A DNA stretch of 46,106 nt from Candidatus Undinarchaeales archaeon (GTDB lineage Archaea; SpSt-1190; JASMDC01): contig JASMDC010000027.1 in the NCBI GenBank assembly GCA_030753015.1, positions 1-46,106 of the forward strand, in the 5' to 3' direction. Below the pieces are notes generated by a model. It saw nothing but the letters and a program-made list of their open reading frames with translations, ran no database searches and was not told where the DNA came from. Shown here in pieces: positions 26,430 to 34,937 of this stretch (positions are counted from its first letter, which is position 1; each line of letters opens with the position of its first letter). The position numbers and the translations under genes were made by a program.

Positions 26430-27587
26430 ATGGGTGAGACTGGGAGCGGGAAGAGCACCGTTGCCCTTCTCAAGTGCGAGGAGTATGATGAAGAGAACGT
26501 GCTCTCGACGGTCCGCCGTTCCGTGGACCTCTTGGGAGGGATGAAGACCTTCGTCGGGAACGGCCAGCGGGTGCTCCTCAAGGTCAATCTCCTCCGCGGG
26601 GACCTACCTGAGCGGGCGATCACCACACATCCTGCAGTGGTCCGTGCCGTGACACTCCTTGTCCAGGAGGCTGGTGGGGAGGTCGTCATCGGCGACAGCC
26701 CCGCGGGGCCCAACAGCGTCATGCTCCTGCGACGTGCCTACAAGCAGAGCGGATACGAGAGGGTCGCAAAGGAGACGGGCGCCTCCCTGAACGAGGACCT
26801 CTCCTACGGGCTGGTACCCTGTCGGGGCGGGCACCTGATCAAGGAGCTGGACATCCTCAATGCTGTGGAGAGCGCTGATGTGGTCATCCCCCTCCCCAAG
26901 CTCAAGACCCACGTGCTCACGGGATTCACCGGCGCCACCAAGATCCTGTTCGGAGTGGTCCCCGGTGTCACAAAGGGAGCCTACCACCTTAAGCTCAAGG
27001 ACGTGGACCAGTTCTCCCATATGCTACTGGACATCGTGGCCCATGTACAGGCGCCCCTGTACATCATGGATGGCGTCGTGGCCATGCATGGGGACGGCCC
27101 CGGCGCAGGTGATCCGTTCCCCGTAGGTGCGATTCTCGCCGCTGCCGATCCCGTGGCCATGGACCGAACGGCCGTCGCGCTGGTGGGTCTGGTCCCGGAC
27201 CGGGTCTCGACCCTGACCGTTGCCGCTGACCGCGGGATGGGTCCCGCGTCACTGGACGACATCGATGTGTTGGGCGACGGGCTGGACGCGTTCTCGATCA
27301 CGGGGTTCCGCCCCGCTTCCGCGACCTCGAAACTAGGTAGCAGGCTCCCAGGCATCGTGCGTCGGTTTGTCCTTAGACAGACCGTTGCCTCGCCCTACGC
27401 CGGCCCCAAATGCATCGGATGCGGCGTGTGCGCAGCTGCTTGCCCCGTCAAGGCCATCACCATCACCGACAAGCGTGCGCACATGGACCTGTCGACGTGC
27501 ATCAGGTGCTACTGTTGCCATGAGACCTGTCCCGAGCAGGCGGTGGAGCTGGACCGACCACTGCTGTCACGCGTTCTAGGTTGGTAG
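26430..27587 (+). CDS. DUF362 domain protein with C-terminal 2x[4Fe-4S] ferredoxin
   Basis: VLLKVNL, TTHP, PKLKTH, TGATK and DGVVAMHGDGP motifs; CIGCGVCAAACP and CIRCYCCHETCP. Confidence 0.9.
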   Translation: MGETGSGKSTVALLKCEEYDEENVLSTVRRSVDLLGGMKTFVGNGQRVLLKVNLLRGDLPERAITTHPAVVRAVTLLVQEAGGEVVIGDSPAGPNSVMLLRRAYKQSGYERVAKETGASLNEDLSYGLVPCRGGHLIKELDILNAVESADVVIPLPKLKTHVLTGFTGATKILFGVVPGVTKGAYHLKLKDVDQFSHMLLDIVAHVQAPLYIMDGVVAMHGDGPGAGDPFPVGAILAAADPVAMDRTAVALVGLVPDRVSTLTVAADRGMGPASLDDIDVLGDGLDAFSITGFRPASATSKLGSRLPGIVRRFVLRQTVASPYAGPKCIGCGVCAAACPVKAITITDKRAHMDLSTCIRCYCCHETCPEQAVELDRPLLSRVLGW

Positions 27588-27590
27588 GGC

Positions 27591-28049
27591 TCACGGGGCA
27601 CGGTCCCGGGCAACAGCGACCGCCGCGGCGATGATGAGAACCCACCCGATCGTAGCCATCGAGTCGGCCAGTGGGATACCCACGGTCCGCCACGAGAAGG
27701 GCCAGAGGAGGAAGAAGTGGTGAGGCCTGACCCACGGATATTGGAGCGAGTCGATGAGGATGTTGGATAGGGCGCCTATGTACAGGAGCCCGAAGGCCCT
27801 CCACAGGTCCCGGTCGATAAAGGACGCGGCCACAAGGCAGAGGAACAGTGCGCCGACGGGTGTGTGGAGGAAGAACGATACGGCCATCGCTACTTCAGCG
27901 CCACGTGCGGCGAGGGCTGCTATTGCGATGAAGAGCTGCAGGTCAGGCAGGAGCGCACCGAACATGACCACCCAGCGGTCCCGACGCTCGATCCCCAAGA
28001 GACGGGTCAGGAGTATGGCCAGTGACATATGGACGAGGAGATCAGGCAT
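27591..28049 (-). CDS. Membrane metal-dependent hydrolase (YdjM/LexA-binding family)
   Basis: MPDLLVH, GALLPDL, LHT and LLWPFS motifs. The usual SHxxxD is SNILID here. Confidence 0.75.
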   Translation of the reverse strand: MPDLLVHMSLAILLTRLLGIERRDRWVVMFGALLPDLQLFIAIAALAARGAEVAMAVSFFLHTPVGALFLCLVAASFIDRDLWRAFGLLYIGALSNILIDSLQYPWVRPHHFFLLWPFSWRTVGIPLADSMATIGWVLIIAAAVAVARDRAP

Positions 28050-28506
28050 TGTCCTCACCCCCCAGTGGCTCAAGGCCAGAGGGCACAGTCGCGCCGATGG
28101 AGTGGCGGGCAGCATCGCGCCAGGCCCAAAGGAGGAGGAGCACGCCCAGTGTGTTCCAGATCATGAAGATGAACCTACGGCCGAGCACGTGGAGCCCGGT
28201 GGCCTCGATACGGCCCTGGGCGTACACACCGTGCACGGTGACGGCGTCATCGGACCTGAGCTGAGTGAAGTTCCCGTACACGTCCACCCGCCTGTCGTCC
28301 ATTATATCAGTGAAAAGCACGAAGTGCCCGGGGACCACCTCTTGTGCGAGCCCGAAGAAGTAGCCTTGACGGCGCTCAGCATCGAAGAAGGGGAACTTCT
28401 GGGGCCAACGTTCCTCGATGACAAGGGCGTTGTGGTACATCGCGGCCAAGATGACGATGAGCCCCAAGATCAGGGGCAGCGGTCTCGGGTCGCGAACACC
28501 GTACAT
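28042..28506 (-). CDS. Hypothetical membrane protein (TM - small beta domain - TM)
   Basis: Two hydrophobic segments; overlaps the downstream start. Confidence 0.6.
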   Translation of the reverse strand: MYGVRDPRPLPLILGLIVILAAMYHNALVIEERWPQKFPFFDAERRQGYFFGLAQEVVPGHFVLFTDIMDDRRVDVYGNFTQLRSDDAVTVHGVYAQGRIEATGLHVLGRRFIFMIWNTLGVLLLLWAWRDAARHSIGATVPSGLEPLGGEDNA

Positions 28507-28551
28507 GCACGTTGGCCTACAGGTGAAAACTAGATAAATGCAAGGGTCGGG

Positions 28552-29706
28552 TCATGGCAGAGCACCCGTGTCGCGCAGGATCGCATCCTCACGCTCGAAC
28601 ACCGCCTCGCGCCCATAAGGTGCTGCAGCCTGGCGGTTCACCGCGCCCATCCTGGCTGCGAGCTCCGGATTATCGGCCACACGGGCCAATGCCGTCCGTA
28701 GCTTTCGCGGCGATCGCGGTTGCACAAGAATACCCCCTTCGCGGGGGAGCACGTTTGCGATGCCCTCGACGTCAGTGGCCACCACCGGCAGCCCTGCGCC
28801 CATGGCCTCGATGAGGGCGAAGGGCATCCCTTCCTCCTCGGAGGCCATGGCGAACACGTCGCCTGCGGCGAGCACGTCGGGCACCTCGCTGGAGGGGACG
28901 GCGCCCAGGAAAGTTACGTCCGCGCCCTTCTTATCGGCCAAGGCCACGAGGGCATCGCGCTCCGGACCGTCGCCGCACGCGACCAGCCGGATGCCTGAGA
29001 GCCCGGCCACGGCGCTGACGAGGTCGTCCACTCGCTTGATCTCGGCCAATCGGCCAACGAACACCACAAGGCGACCGTCCTCTGGAACGCCGTGGCGCTC
29101 GACCAGCCGATTCCGCGCTGCTGCGCGGTCGGGTGCTTTGTCGGGGATGTCGACCCAGTTGGGGAGGACCTCGACCTGGCCCGGGCGGGCGCCCTGGGCC
29201 TCGAGCCGCTGACGCATCAGGTCGGTGCTGGTGACGATGCGGTCAGAATGCCGCACGACCATCCCGTACACCAGTGAGGCGAACGGACCCAGGAGAGGGG
29301 ACCGGTGTCGGCGCATCTGGCCCAACCAATCGTACTCCAGGGAGAGCACCACTGGAGGGTGTGAGCGGACACTGGCGAGCCCCAATGCCACGGGGACGAT
29401 GCCCACGGGACCGTACACACGAACGGCGGTGAGGGTGGACGCCAGCCGACGCACGGCCGCAGCACCGCTGAGCACGAAACCGGGGTGTGAAGGGCCCACG
29501 GGCAGGTGGATCACGCCTTCTCCGAGCTCGTCGCTCATGTCCCGCTCGTCCGCGCTGAGGAGCACCACACGGTCGTACAGTTTCCGGTAATGGTCGACCC
29601 GCGCGCGTACAAGCTTGTCGAACACGCCACGCTCGCATCCCTCCTCGAGGCGGCAGTCGGTGGAGTACACCAGGAGCAGTGTCGAGGTCGACGACGTACC
29701 GGCCAT
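28552..29706 (-). CDS. Glycosyltransferase family 4
   Basis: VFVGRLAEIKR, GDGPER and EEGMPFALIEAMGAGLPVVAT motifs. Confidence 0.92.
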   Translation of the reverse strand: MAGTSSTSTLLLVYSTDCRLEEGCERGVFDKLVRARVDHYRKLYDRVVLLSADERDMSDELGEGVIHLPVGPSHPGFVLSGAAAVRRLASTLTAVRVYGPVGIVPVALGLASVRSHPPVVLSLEYDWLGQMRRHRSPLLGPFASLVYGMVVRHSDRIVTSTDLMRQRLEAQGARPGQVEVLPNWVDIPDKAPDRAAARNRLVERHGVPEDGRLVVFVGRLAEIKRVDDLVSAVAGLSGIRLVACGDGPERDALVALADKKGADVTFLGAVPSSEVPDVLAAGDVFAMASEEEGMPFALIEAMGAGLPVVATDVEGIANVLPREGGILVQPRSPRKLRTALARVADNPELAARMGAVNRQAAAPYGREAVFEREDAILRDTGALP

Positions 29707-29759
29707 CACGGGCACATGTCCCACGAAGATTTATATTGCCTTCGCGGCCAGTTGGTTGC

Positions 29760-30860
29760 ATGGCCAGGCCCGCCAGCGGTGTCGACCGGCTCGGTACCCT
29801 CGAGAAAGCCCGCTTCCTCGCTAGCGGCCTTGTCGAGTCCTCGCGTGTGGGCCTTGACCGTCTGAAAGGATGGGAGCGCCCACGATTCCTTATGAACGTG
29901 GTCACCTGGCGGTGCAACGCCCGATGCGTGATGTGCAACATCCCCCGCCGTCACGACCCGAATGAGGAGCTCGGGCTGGACGACTACCGCCATATCCTCG
30001 AGGACCGGCGGTTCTGGCGGGGTCTGCGGGCCATGAACGTCACCGGTGGCGAACCGTTCCTGCGCGAGGACCTGCCCGACCTGGTGGCGCTGTTCGCCGA
30101 GGGCTGTCCCGGTCTGGAACGTATCGCCTTTTCCACCAATGGTATGCTAACCGACCGTGTCTCGTCCACCGTGAAGGAGGTGCTTGAGCGGGTGCGTGTA
30201 CCCATTGACGTCACAGTGAGCCTCGATGGCGTGGGCGAGGTCCACGACCGCATCCGTGGAGTGGAAGGTGCCTTCGATCGGGTGATGGCCACCGTGGACG
30301 CGCTCCTACCCCTTGAAGAGCCCGGACGGTTCCACCTCTACGGCCAGTGCACTCTCTCCCAGGCTAACATCTCAGGCTGGCGCGAGCTGGAGACTTTCGC
30401 TGGTGAGCGGGGATTCCACGTATCGCCGGGTATCTCGGCGTTCCAGGACTCCTACTTCGATAACGCCGACAAGGAGGCCGAGCTGGCGCTCACCTCCGAG
30501 CAGGTGCTCGACGTGTTTGACCGACCGACCGCACGCAACCACTTCATCCGCCGTCAGGTGCGCGAGCGTGAGCGGTCACTCCCATGTGGGTGCGGCGCCG
30601 GGTCTTTCGAGCTCTACCCCAACGGCGACGTCTACCTCTGCTACCAGACGAAGCCGGTGGGGAACGCCCTCGAGCAGGGCATCACGGAGGCGTGGACGTC
30701 CCCCGAGGCGGCGAAGGTGCGCAAAGCCATCGGTACCAGGAAGATGTGCGGTGCATGCTTCTGGTCGTGCGACCTGGCCACCGCGGTGAAGGGGGACCTC
30801 GGTTCGCTGGTACACATGGGCACCGCCCACATCCGAGCGAAGCTCGGTCCCAAGGCGTGA
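29760..30860 (+). CDS. Radical SAM protein with SPASM/twitch domain
   Basis: CNARCVMC, TGGEP, STNG and SLDG motifs; C...GDVYLC...CGACFWSC. Shares a bidirectional TATA (29729-29737) with the GT4 gene. Confidence 0.92.
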   Translation: MARPASGVDRLGTLEKARFLASGLVESSRVGLDRLKGWERPRFLMNVVTWRCNARCVMCNIPRRHDPNEELGLDDYRHILEDRRFWRGLRAMNVTGGEPFLREDLPDLVALFAEGCPGLERIAFSTNGMLTDRVSSTVKEVLERVRVPIDVTVSLDGVGEVHDRIRGVEGAFDRVMATVDALLPLEEPGRFHLYGQCTLSQANISGWRELETFAGERGFHVSPGISAFQDSYFDNADKEAELALTSEQVLDVFDRPTARNHFIRRQVRERERSLPCGCGAGSFELYPNGDVYLCYQTKPVGNALEQGITEAWTSPEAAKVRKAIGTRKMCGACFWSCDLATAVKGDLGSLVHMGTAHIRAKLGPKA

Positions 30861-30908
30861 GGTTTTTATTTTCATTGGGCTAATAGCTCACTCGGAAGGT
30901 GTATCCAC

Positions 30909-31643
30909 ATGAAGATAGCATTCGACGAGTTCCATAAGGACAAGAAGTATTTTTCTATCGACGATGATGACCAGAACGGGTACGAGCAGCTGGGAGATTT
31001 CCTCAAGGGAAAGGGTATCGAATGTATCCAGTCCACGAATCCCTTAACGTCCATTCCCGCTGATGTGGACGTGCTCGTTATCCCCTTCCCCAAGCGGAGG
31101 TTCGACGGGTCCGAGGTCAAAGAGATCACCGCCTTCATCAAGGAGCGGGGCAAGGGACTGTTGATGCTCTCCGAGTGGGGGGGTATCTTCGACAACGTCG
31201 AGAACCTCAACCAGATGGCTATCAACTTCGAGATCAAGTTCAATCCCGACCGGGTATGCGATTGGGAGAACCGGATCCAGATCCCCTTCAAGTCCAAGGC
31301 ACACGCGTTCTACATCAAGGGTTTCTCGCAGCACTACCCGTTCACCAAGGACCTCAAGGAGCTCGTGTGCATCTCCGGCAGCTCCCTCAAGCCCGCCAAC
31401 CAGGGCATGATCGCCGCTTGGGCGGGCGAGCGCTCTTGGAGCGACGAGGACGGTGACTCATCCTATGACGAGGGCGAAGCGTTCGGGTACGTGCCCATCG
31501 TCGTCGCCAATGTGTGTGGTGACGCACAGGGACGTGTTGTCTGCTGTGGCGATGCGTCGCTCCTGGCCAATGCCCAGTTCAAGGAGTCCGAGCACCAGAA
31601 GTTCGCCCATTCCCTCTTCCAGTGGCTTGGCAAGGAGCTTTGA
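30909..31643 (+). CDS. GIFT (GldG/IFT52-like, DUF4350-type) domain protein
   Basis: IAFDEFH, DVLVIPFP..F...E..I..F...G.GLL and GRVVCCGD motifs. Confidence 0.75.
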   Translation: MKIAFDEFHKDKKYFSIDDDDQNGYEQLGDFLKGKGIECIQSTNPLTSIPADVDVLVIPFPKRRFDGSEVKEITAFIKERGKGLLMLSEWGGIFDNVENLNQMAINFEIKFNPDRVCDWENRIQIPFKSKAHAFYIKGFSQHYPFTKDLKELVCISGSSLKPANQGMIAAWAGERSWSDEDGDSSYDEGEAFGYVPIVVANVCGDAQGRVVCCGDASLLANAQFKESEHQKFAHSLFQWLGKEL

Positions 31644-31654
31644 ACGCTCCACCC

Positions 31655-32185
31655 ATGGACGTTGGCCGCGATGCCGAGCGGCGGATGCTGCTCGAACTGT
31701 CGCCCGAGAGGCTCATCGACCTGCTTCTAGCTCAGACGCGGGACCTCTGGGCAGTGGACGGACTGTATTTTCTGGGCATCGAGGAGCGGTACGGTACTGA
31801 GGCCGCGACCGATGTGGACCGCCAGGTGTGGGGAGCAATGGGACGCATCGAGGCATCACGGCTCCGGCGGGCGCTCGGTATCGAGGGCAACGACCTGGCG
31901 ACCATGCTGACCGCGCTCCGGTACACCAGCTGGATGCTGGACCTCGAGCACAAGGAGCTCGAGGTCGAGGAGGACCGTGCTGTGCTCCGGATCACTTCTT
32001 GTCGCACTCAGCTCACGCGACGGAACAAGGGCCTTGGGGAGTTCCCGTGCAAGCCTGTCCGCTACGGGTACCTTGCGGCCTTCGCGGGCGCGTTCTCGTC
32101 GGACATCGAGGTACGGTGCCTCCAATGCCCACCCGGTGAGCACGACGACGACCTATGGTGCGCATGGGAGTTCGTGCAGAGATAG
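31655..32185 (+). CDS. DUF6125-like / V4R-like Cys-containing protein
   Basis: WAVDGLYFLGIEERYG...D..VW, C..Q..R..KGL..FPC and C..CPP......WC.WEF motifs. Confidence 0.75.
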   Translation: MDVGRDAERRMLLELSPERLIDLLLAQTRDLWAVDGLYFLGIEERYGTEAATDVDRQVWGAMGRIEASRLRRALGIEGNDLATMLTALRYTSWMLDLEHKELEVEEDRAVLRITSCRTQLTRRNKGLGEFPCKPVRYGYLAAFAGAFSSDIEVRCLQCPPGEHDDDLWCAWEFVQR

Positions 32186-32232
32186 TAGGTCCCACAGGAG
32201 CCCTTTAGAGCAGCAACGAGAAGAAGAGAGAG

Positions 32233-32255
32233 CGGGTCCCCGTTGGGGGGACCCG
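32233..32255 (-). terminator. GC hairpin followed by a pyrimidine run (minus strand) after the DUF350 gene
   Basis: cgggtcccc-gttgg-ggggacccg, then ctctctcttcttctc on the minus strand. Confidence 0.45.
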
Positions 32256-32276
32256 ACGCGAAGCCATCGACCTAGT

Positions 32277-32522
32277 TCAACCAGTGAGGACGGCGTGGGA
32301 CACGATCCCCAGGGTGATGACCACGGAAGCGAGCACGATGGCGACAGCCATGTTGCCCTTCTCCAGCTCCTTCATCTCCTCGAGACCGGGTGTGGCGGCG
32401 TCAAAGATCTTGAACGTTGCCGGGATGCAGAGACCGAGAGCGATACCACCCACGAGCACCCACGCGACCGCGAGGACCATCTGGGTGACGGTCTGTACTA
32501 TGTCAATATTTCCAACGACCAT
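32277..32522 (-). CDS. DUF350 family small membrane protein
   Basis: FD..TPG.....EL.KGNMAVAIVLA pattern. Confidence 0.8.
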   Translation of the reverse strand: MVVGNIDIVQTVTQMVLAVAWVLVGGIALGLCIPATFKIFDAATPGLEEMKELEKGNMAVAIVLASVVITLGIVSHAVLTG

Positions 32523-32657
32523 TTTAATGACCTTAGAAGCAGGTGGGATAGGTATCCTTTAAAGCCTTTTGCCCTCCGGTCGACGAATCGGGTCTATTCA
32601 ACATATAACGTTTGGGTGACATCTCTACCACGCGGCCCCGATATAGATGGTGACCTC

Positions 32658-34196
32658 ATGGGACTCCCCTTCCTCGTACCCCGTGTCCTCTCCCTCGCGC
32701 TCGTTCTTCTAATCTCCCTCCTCGTCCACCTCCGCCGTGAGATCGAGGCCGCCCTGCCCCGCACGGCCAAGGGCCATCGCTCCCTCCTGGCTGTGGTGCT
32801 CGTGCTCGGCCTAGTGCTCCGGCTCAACGGTCCCTTCGCCCACGCGGTGTACATGGACGAGTGGAGCTATCTCGAGGGTGCTCGCACCCTCCTCCTCACG
32901 GGACGCCATGAGCTCTGTCGGGACGGTATCGTGCTCCAGTGCGCTGTGACCGGGGGAACATCAGATCCAACTGGCTACCCACTGGCAGCTGCTATGACGT
33001 TCTCCCTGGCGGGAGTGGGTGCAGGCCAAGCGATGGTGCTCAATCTGGCTGCAGGGATCGCTACCATTGGTGCGGTCTATCTCCTCGCTCTTGTCCTCCT
33101 TCGTCGCCCTTGGGCCGCATTGGCCGCCGCCATCCTCATGGCGACGCTCCCTCTCCACGTGCGCCACTCGTCCACCGCCGGCACCGAGGTAGTGTCCCTT
33201 TTCATGGTCACGGTGGCGCTCCTATGCGCCGCTCTCGTCCCCCTGATACCGCGTAGGACCACCCTTGGTGCGGCCATACTCACCGCCATACTCGCAGTGT
33301 CCGTCCGGCCCGAGAATCTCCTCGTCCTCCCCCTGGCCGCCCTCTTCGCTGCGAGGGGGTCAGGCCGTCGTCTGGTCCGCAGTCCGGTCGCCGTGCTGGC
33401 GACAATAGTTCTCGTGCTGCCCTTGGTCAGCAGTCGAGCGGGGGCCGCTGAAGCCTGGTCGTTCTCCCTGGCGTACGTAGCGGGGAAGATCAATTACCTT
33501 TACTTCTGGGCAGGGCTCACCACCCACCTCACCCCACTATTCCATACACCCGTGCTCGCCATCCTGGCCCTGGGTGGCGTCTGGGAACTTCGACGTCGGG
33601 ACCGGGCAACCCTGGGTCTTCTCACGACGTGGTTCGGCTCGTTCTTCGTGGTGTACCTTGCATACGTGCTCTCCGCGTCGTACCGCTTCATGCTGACCTG
33701 CTATCCCCCCATCCTCCTCCTGGCCGGCCTGGGAGCGGAGGGTGTTGCCAATCGAGCAGGTGGTTCAAAGGGTGGCGCCCTTGCACTGGCCGCCCTCCTC
33801 GTGGCGGTCGTGCCCGCCCTACCAACGGGGCTCGATCCCGGGGACCAGCACCACGTGTTCCAGCCCGAGGTGGACTTCCTCGTGGCCGCAACACGGCACC
33901 TCCCGCCGGGGTGCACAATCGTCACGTTCAATCCCTTCCTGGTGACCTTTGTTACGGATCGTCCGGCCTTGGACATCGGCTTGGGAGAGGTCGCCTTTGA
34001 TCGGTCCAGCCGGGGTGGATGCCTGGCGCTCTTCGAGGACTCCTTCTGCTCCTGGCGCCCCAACGAGAATTCCGATCCTGAACGTTGCGATTTCTACCAT
34101 CGTAACTTCGAGCTGGAGGAAGTGCGTAGTGCCGTTAACTCACGAACGAAAACGTCGGTCAGCCTTTCTATCCTTAGCCCTAGGACGGGAAGCTAA
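32658..34196 (+). CDS. GT-C membrane glycosyltransferase (more distant group-1 member)
   Basis: MDEWSY, C.DG....C, PTGYP, LPLHVRHS and VRPEN motifs; ATG at 32658 preceded by a ggtga SD-like sequence. Confidence 0.82.
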   Translation: MGLPFLVPRVLSLALVLLISLLVHLRREIEAALPRTAKGHRSLLAVVLVLGLVLRLNGPFAHAVYMDEWSYLEGARTLLLTGRHELCRDGIVLQCAVTGGTSDPTGYPLAAAMTFSLAGVGAGQAMVLNLAAGIATIGAVYLLALVLLRRPWAALAAAILMATLPLHVRHSSTAGTEVVSLFMVTVALLCAALVPLIPRRTTLGAAILTAILAVSVRPENLLVLPLAALFAARGSGRRLVRSPVAVLATIVLVLPLVSSRAGAAEAWSFSLAYVAGKINYLYFWAGLTTHLTPLFHTPVLAILALGGVWELRRRDRATLGLLTTWFGSFFVVYLAYVLSASYRFMLTCYPPILLLAGLGAEGVANRAGGSKGGALALAALLVAVVPALPTGLDPGDQHHVFQPEVDFLVAATRHLPPGCTIVTFNPFLVTFVTDRPALDIGLGEVAFDRSSRGGCLALFEDSFCSWRPNENSDPERCDFYHRNFELEEVRSAVNSRTKTSVSLSILSPRTGS

Positions 34197-34858
34197 TACT
34201 GTTGCTGCTGGTAGTAGTTGTAATAGGACTGGCCGCCGTACCCGCGCCCGTAGTAGTACGGCATTGACTGGGGTTGGGCCATGGCCGCGGCCTTCTCCTC
34301 CTTCTGCTGCTTGATAAGGAGAACGACTGAGCCGATGAACACAACGGCGGCAATGCCTCCGACGACCATGAGCAGGCTCTCGTTCGGCCCCGTTCCCTCG
34401 GGGATCGGGAGCTCGATCGGTTCGGGCGTGGGTGTCGGAGTGAGGGTGATGCCGGCGGTGGCGGGAGTGTCGGCCATGCAGTCCTTGACCGTGATGTCGG
34501 CGGTCTTGGTGGCCTTGTAACCGGGCGCGGTCGACGTAGTGGCCGTGATCGTGAGCTCGTGCGAACCCGCGGAGACCATTGGCGGGATTACGAACTGTAT
34601 GCGGTTGACGGCGGCCACTCCCATACCGAGGTTGAACTCCCACGCCTTGCGAAGACAGAAGTCGGACGCAGGCCCATCGAGTTTGATTGTGAAGAGGGCG
34701 TTACCATCGAGTTTGTTGGTAAGTGTCACGTCCATGGACTTGTCCTCGCCACGACAGGCGTCCCAGCCCTCGTTCGCGACATCGATCTCCATTATCTTGA
34801 GAGCGGTCGAACTGGTGACGAGTAAAAGCACCAGAAACGCCGCGAACCTCACTCTCAT
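34193..34858 (-). CDS. Cell-surface protein: signal peptide, Ig-like domain, PT linker, TM anchor, Tyr/Gln-rich tail
   Basis: MRVRFAAFLVLLL signal, TPTPTPEP linker, C-terminal TM and ...YYNYYQQQQY tail. Confidence 0.8.
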   Translation of the reverse strand: MRVRFAAFLVLLLVTSSTALKIMEIDVANEGWDACRGEDKSMDVTLTNKLDGNALFTIKLDGPASDFCLRKAWEFNLGMGVAAVNRIQFVIPPMVSAGSHELTITATTSTAPGYKATKTADITVKDCMADTPATAGITLTPTPTPEPIELPIPEGTGPNESLLMVVGGIAAVVFIGSVVLLIKQQKEEKAAAMAQPQSMPYYYGRGYGGQSYYNYYQQQQY

Positions 34859-34937
34859 GGCTGTATGACCAAAGGTGCTAATTGTTTTTATATATTGGCA
34901 GGTGTTATATATTACGCAGTACTTAGAGGTGAATATC

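Noticed and set aside
31977-32657. N-terminal extension of the GT-C ORF
   Set aside because: Overlaps the DUF6125-like and DUF350 genes; homology to paralogs starts at 32658.
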